DNA of 64,000 nucleotides from Kofleriaceae bacterium. Lineage in GTDB: Bacteria; Myxococcota_A; Polyangia; Haliangiales; Haliangiaceae. Position 1 is the stretch's first letter, and every line of letters begins with the position of its first letter. Location: assembly GCA_015075455.1 (NCBI GenBank), contig JABTUH010000016.1:64001-128000 (forward strand). Reading direction: 5' to 3'. A program made the position numbers and the translations under genes. Positions 31,642 to 44,677 of this stretch are shown here, piece by piece. The notes below the pieces were generated by a model, which did not search any database, was not told the origin of the DNA, and saw only the letters and a list, made by a program, of their open reading frames with translations.

Positions 31642-34089
31642 CGGCCACCTCCCCAGATCCGCTCCTTGGCCGCGATCCACTCGTCGAGCGGGCCGAAGCG
31701 CACGCCCTCGCGGCGCGCCCGCCGCCACGCGTCCAGGGCCTTCGCGCCGTCACCCTTGCGATCGTGGGCCACGCCGAGGTTGACCAGCGCCTCGGGCAGC
31801 CGGGGCGCCAGCCGGTCGAGCGCGGCGATCGCGGCGTCGAGCCGGCCCTCGGCGACGTCGAGCACCGCCAGGTTGTGGTTCACCTCGTCGAGCCCGGCCC
31901 GGGCCTCGGCCTTGCGCGCCGCGGCCAGGAACTTGCGGGCCGCCGCGAGCTTGCCGCCGCGGTAGGCGTCATCGGCGGCGGTGAGCGCCACCACCCGCGT
32001 GGCGGTGGCGAGGAGCTGACGGGTGGCGCCGGTGGCGCCGCGATCGAGCGCGGCCAGCCGCTCGAGCGCCTTGGCGGCGCGCCGCGGCTGCAGGCCCTCG
32101 ACGAACGCCAGCAGCACCGGCACCGCCGTGGTGTCGGCGGGCGCCGGGAACGGGCAGCTCACCTTCGCCACCGCCTTGAGCCGCGTCACCGCCCTGTCGC
32201 GATCGCCGGCGGCGACCGTGGCCAGCGCCAGGTCGCAGCGCAGGGCGGTGAGGGCGTCGCCGCTGGCGCCGGCCGCCGCGTCCTCGAGGAAGCCGACCGC
32301 GCGCGCGTCGCCTGGCCGGCGCGCAGCGCGGCCAGCCCGGCGGCGTGGCGCGCCACCGCCAGCGCGGCGCCGTGGCGGACCTCGAGGTCGCCGCCGCCGC
32401 CCTGCGGGCGGCCGCGACGGTGCCAACCAGGGCGTCGACCGCGTCGGCCGGCCGCCCGCCGGCGACCTCGACCGCGGCCAGCTCGATCGCCGCCTCGGCC
32501 GCCGCCGCCTCGCCCTTGCCGAGCTGGATCGCCCGCGCCAGCGACTCCCGCGCCGCCGCGTCGCCCCGCGCCGCCCGCACGCGCCCCAGCAGGATCAAGG
32601 TCGGCGCGTCGGGCCGCGCCTCGGCCGCCCGGGTCAGGGCCCCGTGGGCCCGCTCGAGATCGCCCAGGAGGTACGCGCACAGCCCGAGGTTGCGCCAGAC
32701 CGGCGGCGTCCCGTCGACCTCCGCGGCGCGCTCGAGGACGGCGGCGGCGCCGGCCACGTCGCCGCCGTCGAGCTTGGCCACCGCCACCGCCAGGAGCGCC
32801 TGCGACAGGAGCCGCCGCGCCCGCGGCGTCGGCGCGCGCATCGCCACCGCGAGGTGGGTCGCGGCGCTCGCGGCGTCGCCGCGGCGCAGCGCGGCGTCGC
32901 CGACGACGTTCCGCAGCTCGGCGCTCTCGGCGAACGCGGCCAGGGCCGGCGCCACGCGGGCCTCGACCTCGGCGGCGCGCCCGGCGTCGAGCAGCGCCTC
33001 GCCGAGCTCGAGCCAGTACGTTCGATCGGCGCCCGCCGGCGCGGGCGGGCCGATGCCGTCGAGCTCGGCCAGCGCCGCCGCCGGGTCCTTGCCCAGCCGC
33101 AGCACGCGCGCCAGGCGTACCGCGAAGCGCCGCCGCCCGGGCTCGATCGTCCGCGCCCGCTCCAGCGACGCCCGCGCCGCGCTCAGGTTGCCGCGCGCGG
33201 CCTCGGCCTCGCCGAGGAGCGCGTGGCCGGCCGCGGTCGCGGTCTGCGCCGCGCCGAGGTACGAGCGGGCCAGGCGCAGAGCCTCGGCGGGGTCGCCGAG
33301 CTCGAGCGCGCACTGTCCGCGCACCAGCAGGACCTCGATCGGCGCCGACGCCACGCCCGACAGCTCGACCAGGAGCGGCCTCGCCTCGCGACAGTCGAGG
33401 GCGGCGACGCTCCACGCCAGGCCCAGGCGCGCGCTCATCCAGTCGCGGTGACGGGCGACCAGGCCCGCGTAGAGCTCGCGGGCCTCGCGCGGCCGGTAGG
33501 TGCGCAGGTAGGCCTCGGCCAGATCGAGGCGGTGCCGATCGTCCTCCTTGCTCAGCTCCGCCGGTCGCGTGCGGAAGTAGGCCTCGAGCGCGGTCGCCGC
33601 CTCCCCCCAGCGCGCGACGTCGGCGTAGTGGTGGCCGAGCAGGACCTGCGCGCCGTACTTGTCGGGCGCCCGGCCGACGACCTGCTCGAGCAACGGCACG
33701 CCCTCGCCGAGCTCGCCGGCCAGCACGAGCTGGGTGCCCAGGGCCTCGAGCACGTCGACGTTGTCGGGCGCCAGCTCGCGCGCCTTGCGCATGAGCGCGA
33801 CGCCGCGGGCGTGCTCGCCGCGGGCGGCGTGGACCGCGGCGCGCAGCCCGTAGGCCTCGAGCCGGCGCGGGTTGAGGGCGAGCGCCTGGTCGAGGGCGCG
33901 GGCGGCCCCGCCGAGGTCACCGGCGCGCAGCGCCCGCCGGCCCTCGTCGACCAGCGCGGCGCTCTCGTCCTCGACCTGGGTCGGCCGCTGCGCCCACGCC
34001 GGCCGCGCGCCGGCGGCGAGCCCGGCGCCGACGCCGACCGCCAGCGCGACCGCCAGCACGACCCTAGCGACGGTAGCCGAGGCGCGCAT
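31638..34089 (-). CDS. secreted TPR-repeat protein (at least 12 TPR-like repeats); frame discontinuities around 32250-32420
   Basis: ATG at 34089. Signal MRASATVARVVLAVALAVGVGAGLAAGARPAWA. Many LGxxYxxxGxxxEA-type repeats follow. The C-terminal 190 aa (..LGVAHDRKGDGAKALDAWRRA..) lie in the 31638..32426 frame. A middle piece (EVRHGAALAVARHAAGLAALRAGQ) is in the third frame. Confidence 0.6.
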
Positions 34090-36181
34090 AGACCTCTCTC
34101 CCTTCTCCGGGCACGAGCAGCAGGCTGCCGGTCGAGCGATCGAAGTCCTCGGCGGCCGGCACCTGCTCGCGCTGTCCGAGGAGGTTGCGGACGCCGACGG
34201 TGACGTCGAGCCCGGCGAACAGGGAGGGCGCGTACGCCACCAGCGACAGCCCGACGTAGCGGGCGGCCTCGACCGCGCCGCTGTCATCGCGGGTCGGCCG
34301 CGGCCCCAGCGCGTGGACCTCACCCGAGAGGTGGACGAGCTCGGCCACCTTCGGGGACGACACGCCGAGCACGCCGGACAGCCGCGGCGCGCCCGGCACC
34401 GGCGCCGCGACCGCCGCGCCGCCGCCGTCGGGCGCGACGAAGCCCTCGACGCGCGTGTAGGCGCCGCCGCCGAACGCCAGCCAGCCGCCGGCGGTGCGGA
34501 AGCTGCCCTCGAGCTCGACGCCGGTCGAGCGCAGATCGCGGACGTTCTGGAACTGCAGGCGAAGATCCTCGGCCACCGGGTCGGGATCGAGGTCGATCTC
34601 CTCCTGCTCCACGATGCCGGTGGCGTCCCAGCGGAACGCCGACGCCCGCACCGTCAGCCCCGGCAGGGGCCGGCCCCACAGCACCACCTCGTAGCTGCGG
34701 ATGACCTCGGCGCCGATGTCGGGGTTGGCCGCGAAGTCGGTGCCGTCGTCGAAGAAGCCCTCGTAGGCGCTGGGGTTGCGGAAGCCCTCGGAGTAGAGGA
34801 GCTTGACCCCGTAGCGGTCCTGCTTGCTGGCGAACAGGGCGGCGCGGGGCGAGATCCGGTCCTCGAGGATCGAGTTGCGGTCGGCGCGCACGCCCGCGGT
34901 GAACGCGAGCCACGGCAGCGGCGCGCCGTCGAGCTCGACGTAGAGGCCCTGGGTGTCGAGCGGGGTCTCGACCACCACGCCGTTCTCGCGGTCGCCCTGG
35001 TAGTACGACTCGCTCGAGGTGTCGATGAGCGTGACCTCGGCGCCGGTGGTGATCCCGAGCCGGTCGCGGTCGAGGAGCTCGACGCGGGCCCGGGCCTCGG
35101 CCCCGTACCACAGGGCGTCGCCGATGTCGGTGAAGGTGCCGCTGCCGTCGTCGGCCACCAGGAAGTCGCGGAAGCGGTACCGGTTGACGTAGGCGCGGGC
35201 GGTGGCGATCACCCGACTGCCCAGCTCGCGGGTGTAGCCACCCTCGGCCATGAGCTGGGTGTCGTAGTTGCGGTTGCCGGGGTTGCCGACCTCGGTCTCG
35301 TAGGGGGCGAACGGAAGCTCGCGCCGGCGGCGGAAGAACCGGAGCTGGCCGAACGCCCCGTGGTAGCGCCCGACCACGCCGGCGGCCACCGCCTCGGCGC
35401 CGTCGGCCGAGGTCGGCCTGCCGAGCTCGGCGACGTCGAGGGTCTCGCCGCCGCGGGTCAGCGCCGCCACCGTGCCGCGCACCTGCTCGTCGACCGCGCC
35501 CAGGGCGAACCCGGCGGCGGCCGACGCCGAGGCGAACTGCCCGGCCGACAGCCGCCCCCACATCCGCGGCGACTCCGAGGCGCCGCGGGTGACGACGTTG
35601 ATGATGCCGAAGAACGCGTTGGTGCCGTACACCGACGACACCGGGCCACGGATGACCTCGATCCGCGCGATCTCGTCGATCGTGAGGAAGCCGTCCCAGC
35701 CGAGGCCGGCGAAGCCGCCCCACGGCTCGTTGACGGTGGCGCCGTCGACGAGCACCAGCAGCCGGCTGTTGAAGTCGCCCAGCACCTGCAGCCCGCGCAC
35801 GCCGACTCGCTCGGTCATGTGGTCGTCGGTGACGAACACGCCGGCGACCCCGCGCAGGGCCTCGGCCACGGTGCGGTAGCCCATGCGCCGCAGCCGGTCG
35901 CCGGACACGACGGTGACCGCCGAGGCCACGTTGCCCAGCGACTGCTCGCGCTTGGCCGCGCCCACCACCACGTCCTCCTCGGCCGCGGCCGCCGCCACCA
36001 CGGCGATCGTGGCCGCGCCGGTGTCCTCCTCGTCGGGCAACGGCGGCAGGTCGTCGATCTCGACCCGCGGCACGTCGTCGCCCGGCGGCGCCTCGGCCCC
36101 GGGCCCGGCGGCCGCCGGCGCCGGGACCACGGTGGCGAGGGCGGTGACCACGGCCAGAGCCCCGCGCGCCGAGCGGGGCAT
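34064..36181 (-). CDS. TonB-dependent outer-membrane receptor
   Basis: The ATG at 36181 shares one base with the upstream stop (TGATG). A signal peptide is present. The plug region is VTVVSGDRLRRMGYRTVAEALRGVAGVFV and the TonB box region is also present. A beta-barrel body of ~700 aa follows, ending ...ARLGYRR. Confidence 0.85.
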   Translation of the reverse strand: MPRSARGALAVVTALATVVPAPAAAGPGAEAPPGDDVPRVEIDDLPPLPDEEDTGAATIAVVAAAAAEEDVVVGAAKREQSLGNVASAVTVVSGDRLRRMGYRTVAEALRGVAGVFVTDDHMTERVGVRGLQVLGDFNSRLLVLVDGATVNEPWGGFAGLGWDGFLTIDEIARIEVIRGPVSSVYGTNAFFGIINVVTRGASESPRMWGRLSAGQFASASAAAGFALGAVDEQVRGTVAALTRGGETLDVAELGRPTSADGAEAVAAGVVGRYHGAFGQLRFFRRRRELPFAPYETEVGNPGNRNYDTQLMAEGGYTRELGSRVIATARAYVNRYRFRDFLVADDGSGTFTDIGDALWYGAEARARVELLDRDRLGITTGAEVTLIDTSSESYYQGDRENGVVVETPLDTQGLYVELDGAPLPWLAFTAGVRADRNSILEDRISPRAALFASKQDRYGVKLLYSEGFRNPSAYEGFFDDGTDFAANPDIGAEVIRSYEVVLWGRPLPGLTVRASAFRWDATGIVEQEEIDLDPDPVAEDLRLQFQNVRDLRSTGVELEGSFRTAGGWLAFGGGAYTRVEGFVAPDGGGAAVAAPVPGAPRLSGVLGVSSPKVAELVHLSGEVHALGPRPTRDDSGAVEAARYVGLSLVAYAPSLFAGLDVTVGVRNLLGQREQVPAAEDFDRSTGSLLLVPGEGREVYARLGYRR

Positions 36182-37812
36182 CAGCTCGCCTCCGCGCGCT
36201 GCCGCCCGCTGGCCGCCGGCGGGTCGTACTGGCACAGCACGAACGTGATGTCGTCCTGGGCCACGGTGCCGGCGGCGAAGCGCTCGATCGCGTCGCGGAC
36301 CTCGTCGCGCAACCCCGCGAGCGCCGCCGGGTCGGCCGGCAGCGGCCGTCCGACGAACAGGCTGCGCAGCCGGCGATCGCCGAACAGCTTGCCGCTGGTG
36401 GCCTGGCGCTCGACCACGCCGTCGGTGAAGGCCACGAACAGGTCGCCGGGATCGAGCTGCAGCGTGCCGCGGCGGATCTCGCGGCGGACGATCCGGTCGC
36501 CGAGCGGGTTGCCGCTGGCGGCGATGATCGTGCCGTCCCCGAGCAGGCGGTCGGGCCGCATCCGCATCACGTACGGGAAGTTCTGACCGGCGTTGGCGTA
36601 GTGGAGGACGCCGGTGGTGGCGTCGAAGACCGCGGCGAACGCGGTCATCAGCAGCGAGTGCTCGCCGACGTTGCGGATCGCGGCGTCGATCGCCCGCAGC
36701 ACCTGCTCCGGCACCAGCAGCTTCTCGTCGACCTCGGCCAGCGACTCGACCGCGCCGCGCGCGGTGCCGGCCAGGATCGCCGAGTGCACGCCGTGACCGG
36801 TGGCGTCGCCGATGACCATCAGCAGGCGCCCGCCCGCCATCGGCCGGTACGTCCACCAGTCGCCGCCGCAGGTCGAGGCCGGCTCGCAGTGCCCGACGAT
36901 CTTGAACGGGCCGTGCTGGACCAGCTCGGGCGGCGGCAGCATGCCCTGCTGCACCGACCGCGCCAGCGCCAGCTCGCGCTCCATCGACGCCTTCTGCGCC
37001 TGCTCCGCCATCAGCTCGCCGAGCCGGCCGGCCATGAAGTTGAAGTTGCGGGCGAGGACGCCGATCTCGTCCCGGCGCTCGACCGGCACCTGCTGGTCGA
37101 GGGAGCCCTGGGCGATGCGCTCGGCGGAGATGGCGAGCTCGCGCAGCGGCCGGGCGGTGCGCACGCCGAGGAGCGCGGCCACCACCACGCCGACGGCGAG
37201 CAGGGCGAGCGCGATGATCCACACCGTCCGCGCCGAGTCGCTGGCCCGCTGGTCGGCGGCGGCCAGCGCCGCGGCCAGCTCGGCCTCGAGCTCGGCGGTG
37301 GACACGCCCAGCCGGAGCTGGCCGACGACGCCGTCGCCCAGCCGGATCGCGGTGGCGTAGATCCAGTCGGGCCGGTCGGCCGCCACCGGCTCGCGCTCGA
37401 CCAGGCCGGGCCGGGTCCGGGTGTCGGCGAACCGCGAGAAGTCGAGCTCGGGCGCGCCGTCGGAGGCGTGGATGACCTCGCCGGTGGGGGTGCCCACGAC
37501 CACCCACTGGATGCGGGGGTACTCCTTCAGCTTGGCGCTCACCAGCGGGGCGACCTCGCCGAACGCCTGCTGGGCCAGGGGGATGGCCGCCGCCGCCGCG
37601 ATGGCGCTGGCGACCAGCTCGCTCTCCCGCTTGATCGCGTCGTTGCCCGACGCCCGGCGCGCCGCGCCCTCGGTGCGCGCCAGGCCACGGACGTTCTCCG
37701 AGCCGAAGTACGCCGAGGCCCCGACCGCGGCGGCGACCACCACCGAGGTGGTGAGCATGAGCTTGACCGAGAGCGGCACGGCGGCGCGCTCCCCGCGGGT
37801 GGGGACCCCCAT
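36181..37812 (-). CDS. membrane sensor with a HAMP domain and PP2C-type (SpoIIE/RsbU-like) Ser/Thr phosphatase domain
   Basis: ATG at 37812. An N-terminal TM helix is followed by a periplasmic region and a second TM helix (WIIALALLAVGVVVAALL). The HAMP segment is TARPLRELAISAERIAQGSLDQQV. The PP2C motifs are GGDWW...GDATGHG...DGV. Confidence 0.8.
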   Translation of the reverse strand: MGVPTRGERAAVPLSVKLMLTTSVVVAAAVGASAYFGSENVRGLARTEGAARRASGNDAIKRESELVASAIAAAAAIPLAQQAFGEVAPLVSAKLKEYPRIQWVVVGTPTGEVIHASDGAPELDFSRFADTRTRPGLVEREPVAADRPDWIYATAIRLGDGVVGQLRLGVSTAELEAELAAALAAADQRASDSARTVWIIALALLAVGVVVAALLGVRTARPLRELAISAERIAQGSLDQQVPVERRDEIGVLARNFNFMAGRLGELMAEQAQKASMERELALARSVQQGMLPPPELVQHGPFKIVGHCEPASTCGGDWWTYRPMAGGRLLMVIGDATGHGVHSAILAGTARGAVESLAEVDEKLLVPEQVLRAIDAAIRNVGEHSLLMTAFAAVFDATTGVLHYANAGQNFPYVMRMRPDRLLGDGTIIAASGNPLGDRIVRREIRRGTLQLDPGDLFVAFTDGVVERQATSGKLFGDRRLRSLFVGRPLPADPAALAGLRDEVRDAIERFAAGTVAQDDITFVLCQYDPPAASGRQRAEAS

Positions 37813-37843
37813 GGTGCGATCCTCGGGACGATGTACGTGGATG

Positions 37844-38440
37844 TCAACCCTCGCCGGTGACATTGCCCCGACCGGTCTCGCGCATCCGCGTGACGGCGGC
37901 GGCGAACAGCGCCTCGAGCGCGTCCGGAACGTCGCCGCCCTCGAGCAGGCGCAGCGCGGCCGCCACCGCCTCGATCGTCGACACCTGCTCCGGCCGCGGC
38001 GCCTTGCGCATGCGCGCCGCACCACCCGTGGTGGCCAGCGCCAGCACCGGCAGGCCGCGCAGCGCCGGCAGCCGCTGCCGCATGCGGCGCGCCTGGTGCC
38101 AGGTCGCGTCGAGGAACACCAGCGCGCGTGGCCTGGGCGCCGGCGGCGCCGACCACGGCTCGCCCTCGGGGTACACCAGCCAGGTGTCGGGGCCGAGCTC
38201 GAGATCGAGCCCGCGGCGCTCGGGCCCGGACACGTCGCGCAGCACGCTGCCGGCCAGCGCCAGGTGGACGAGCCGCCCCGAGTTGCTGGCGCGGAGCCGC
38301 TCGGTGTGGTGGCGGAGGAGGATGACGCGGGTCGCGGTCTCGAGCCGAGGGACCGCCGGGCACAGGCAGTGCTCGAGGCGGAACAGGCAGCGAGGGCAGC
38401 GTCCGGGCGGGACCGACACGGGGAGGGGCGTGTAGCACAT
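37844..38440 (-). CDS. DTW-domain protein (tRNA-uridine aminocarboxypropyltransferase TapT/TuaA-like)
   Basis: The ATG at 38440 gives MCYTPLP; 198 aa. It has a CPRC...C..C cluster and the DTW motif (VFLDATWHQARRM). Confidence 0.75.
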   Translation of the reverse strand: MCYTPLPVSVPPGRCPRCLFRLEHCLCPAVPRLETATRVILLRHHTERLRASNSGRLVHLALAGSVLRDVSGPERRGLDLELGPDTWLVYPEGEPWSAPPAPRPRALVFLDATWHQARRMRQRLPALRGLPVLALATTGGAARMRKAPRPEQVSTIEAVAAALRLLEGGDVPDALEALFAAAVTRMRETGRGNVTGEG

Positions 38441-38596
38441 CGCCGGCGCGCGCCGGGCGGCGGCCCTCGCTCCCGTCGGCCGAGGGCCCACCTCCGGATC
38501 GCGACAGCGGTGTCCGGAACCGCGCCTCGGCCCGGCCAGACGCTGCCAGGTGTCGCGGGCTTGCGGGTGGCACCGCGGTTGCTTTGGGATGGAGCC

Positions 38597-39244
38597 ATGC
38601 TCGCCGCCCGCACCCTCGCCGCCGGAGCCGCCCTCCTCCTCGCCGTCGCCGCCGCCCCCCGCCTGGCCGCGGCCGACGGCAGCTACTTCACGATGGGCGT
38701 GGGCCCGGGCGACGTGAGCGACCAGCTCCGTCAGTACACCGACACCACCGTCCGCATCCGGCTCGGCTTCGGCCACCGCGTCGGCAACCTCGCGGTCGAG
38801 GGCTTCCTCGCCGGCGACATCTTCGACGATCGCATGATCACGGAGGCGACCTCGGTCGGCGTCGACCTCAAGTACCTCCTGCCGCTGTCGGAGCACCTCC
38901 AGGGCTACGTGCGCGGCAGCGCCAGCCGCATGAGCACCCGGCTCGGCGGCGACGGCTACGGGTACGGCGCCCCCGACTGCTACGGCTGCAGCTCCGGCCG
39001 CGACTACGCCGGCCGCGGCCTCGGCGCCGGCGCCGGCCTCCAGCTCCGCGGCAAGGTGCGCGCGATCGGCTTCCTGTACTGGCCGCTCTTCTTCGTCCCG
39101 GCCGGGCCCAAGGTCAACGCCGCGCTCTACGTCGACCACGGCCTCGACTTCTACCGCCTCCACCCCGGCGATGCCGGCGGCCCCACCGTCGACGCCAAGC
39201 TCTCCCGCTGGACCTTCGGCTTCCACGTCGGCCAGGACTTCTGA
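38597..39244 (+). CDS. outer-membrane beta-barrel (OmpA-like N-domain/porin family) protein
   Basis: ATG at 38597 with a GGATGGAG RBS. Signal MLAARTLAAGAALLLAVAAAPRLAAADG. The pattern of alternating aromatic/Gly beta strands fits, and the C-terminus ends with F. Confidence 0.65.
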   Translation: MLAARTLAAGAALLLAVAAAPRLAAADGSYFTMGVGPGDVSDQLRQYTDTTVRIRLGFGHRVGNLAVEGFLAGDIFDDRMITEATSVGVDLKYLLPLSEHLQGYVRGSASRMSTRLGGDGYGYGAPDCYGCSSGRDYAGRGLGAGAGLQLRGKVRAIGFLYWPLFFVPAGPKVNAALYVDHGLDFYRLHPGDAGGPTVDAKLSRWTFGFHVGQDF

Positions 39245-39325
39245 CCCGCGTGCGCCGTCGGGCGACGCCGGACTCGGCCGGGCGCGACCGCGTCGCGCCG
39301 CCCCTCGGGACCCGACGCGACGCCG

Positions 39326-41758
<2,433 letters not shown>

Positions 41759-44677
41759 CCCGCGACCTCCCGCCGCGGCCGCGTCGCGCCGCGGGCCCGC
41801 GCCCGGGCGCGGCGCCCCCCCACGCCCGCACCGGCGAGGAGCAGGAGCGCGACCAGCGCCGCCGCCGCCGCGCCGCCGCCCCCGCCGGCCTGGCAGCCGC
41901 CGCCCCCGCCCGCGGTGACGTACTCGTCGCGGCGACCGGCGTCGGGCGCCGGCACCGGCGGCACGTCGCAGGTGCCGCGGGTGCAGACCTCGCCGGCGCC
42001 GGGGCAGACCACGCCGAGGCACGGATCGCGCTCGCACTGCTGGGTGTCCGGGTTGCACGCCTGCCCCGCCGGGCACACCCGCCCGGTGCACGGATCGCGC
42101 ACGCACACGCCGTCGTCGTCGTCGCACAGGTAGCCCGGCGGACACGGGCCGTCGCACGGATCGGCGACGCACTGGCCGAGCTCGCAGCGCTGGCCGGCCG
42201 GGCAGTCGAGGGCGCCACAGCTCGTGACGCAGGCGCCGCCGGTGCAGTACTCGGCGGCGCCGGTGCAGCTCACGCCGTCGCACGGGTCGCTCTCGCACAC
42301 CCCGCCCACGCACTGCTGGCCGGCGGTGCAGTACTCCGGGAAGGTGGTGCAGTCGTCGGGGCGGCACTCGCCGAGCGCGCCGACGCAGACCTGGCCCGAG
42401 GGGCAGGTGACGCCGTCGCAGGCCCGCACGCAGCAGCCCTCACCGGTGCAGCCGCCGCCGGGCTGGCACACCTGGAGGTCGCCGCCGGGCAGGGTCGGAC
42501 ACGTCACCTCGTAGCAGACGTCGACGATGCAGAACCCCTGCGAGCAGGTGCGCCCGGCCGGGCACGGGAACTCGCCGCCGGCGCACGGCGGCGCGCACTG
42601 GCACTGGGTGCAGGTCTGGCCCGACGGGCACAGCGCCGGCGGCTCCTCGTCGGTCTGACCGTCGCAGTCGTTGTCGTCGCAGTCGCAGCGCTCGGGCTCG
42701 GACGGCGTGCCGCCCTGGCACACGTACGCGCCGCCGACGCAGCGCAGCACGCCGGGCATGCACAGCGGGGTGCCGTCGGGCGCGAGGTTGCACGGGCCCA
42801 TGTCGGGCACGCCGTTGTCGACGACGCCATCGCAGTCGTCGTCGAAGTTGTTGCAGACCTCGGGGCCGCCGCCGACGCTGCCCTCGCACTCGAGGACGCC
42901 GTTCACGCACACGGTCTGGCCGACGCCGCACGAGCTCGAGCAGTCGGCGCCGCCGGTGTCCTCGTCGACCAGCACGTCGCAGTCGTTGTCGATCGTGTCG
43001 CAGGTCTCGTCGGTGGGGCCGATCTCGCCCAGGCACGCGCCCCAGGTGCCGCCGCCGCCAGGTGGGCAGACCTGGATGCCGGGCTGACAGGGGCCGGTGT
43101 TGGGGTTGCCGCCGGGCAGGTTCGAGCACGAGCGGCTGAAGCCGTCGACCACCCCGTCGCAGTCGTTGTCGAGCCCGTCGCAGGTCTCGGCCGAGCCGCC
43201 GACGGCGGTGCAGCCGACCCAGGCCCCCAGCTCGCAGGTCTCGGTGCCGCGCACGCACTCGCCGACGTCGGTGCCGCAGTCGCGGACCAGCCCCTCGTCC
43301 ACCAGCATGTCGCAGTCGTCGTCGAGCCCGTTGCACAGCTCGACGTCGCCGCAGCCGACGCACGCGCCCTCGTCGATCGAGCCGTCGCAGTCGTCGTCGA
43401 GGTTGTTGCAGACCTCGGTGGTCGCCGGCTGCCCGGGGTTGGTGATCTGACACTCGGTGCCGTTGCCGGCGGCGTTGCAGACGCGAACGCCGGTGCCGCG
43501 GCAGATCCCCAGCCCGCCGTCGTCGCAGACCATCCCCTTGTTGGGGAAGTCCTCGTCGACCAGCGTGTCGCAGTCGTCGTCGAGGTCGTTGCACGACTCG
43601 AAGCGGATGGCGTCGGCGATGATCTGCGAGATCGCGAGCTGCAGCTCCTCCTCGTTCTGGGCGTAGGCGCCCTCGTTGACCCCGGGCACGTTGACCGCGC
43701 CGCCGGCGTGGGCCAGGCCCTCGATCTGGGCGTCGCCGGGCGTCTGACCGAAGCCGATGGGCTTGGTCTCGATGCGGTAGGTCTGGCCGCCGACGTTCGT
43801 GGTCAGGAGCGCGGTGGCGGCGGCGGTGGTGTTCGCGAAGGTCGTGCAGGTCTCGTCGCCGTCGGTGAGCATGATGACGATGTAGGGGCGGCACTGCGCG
43901 CCCGACGGCAGGAAGACGTCCTTGTAGGGGTCGTTGGCGATGGGCGCGAAGCCGGGCGCGCCGCTGGGCCACAGCTCGGTGCCGTTGGTGGCCTGCAGGC
44001 CCTGGAAGTAGCGCTGGGCGGAGCGGAGCGTGCCGGCGACCGGCGTCCAGCCGGCGCTGTACAGCTCGGGGTTCGACGTGATCGCGTTGCCGCAGGTGCC
44101 GCACGAGAAGTCGTTCCAGCGGGCGAGGTCGCCGCCGTTGCCGTCGACGAGCCCGACCAGGATCTCGCCGCGGGCGTCGTTCGACATCGTCGCGGTGCAG
44201 CCGCTGCCATTGCTGGGGTCGCACGCGCTGCAGTCGATCGCGCTGGCCGAGCAGCCGTTGGCGCAGTTGGTGTCGGTGGTGGTCGAGCGGAAGCGGCCGA
44301 GCCCCAGCACCATGTCGCCGTAGCTGTTGGCGATGTTGTAGATGGCGCACTTGGCGTGGTCGAGCCGCGAGTTGCCGGCGCCGGCGCAGCTCGCCGGCCC
44401 CGACGTGGTCGCGGAGTCCATCGACCCCGAGGTGTCGACCATCAGCAGCACGTAGGGCTTGAGCGCCTGGCCCGACTGCGCCTCGGCCCGCGCCGTGACC
44501 AGTCCCAGGACGACGAACGTGGCTACCCCGAGCCACGCGAGAGGGCGTCGCATCCGGCCATCCTAGGGCAGCGGCGCGCCCGACCGACAGCGCGATGCGG
44601 CGCCGCTACCCCACCGCGCACCGTCGGCGGGCCGCCAGGCTGTAGGTGGACGGGCGAGATCCGGCCCGCGGCGCCGA

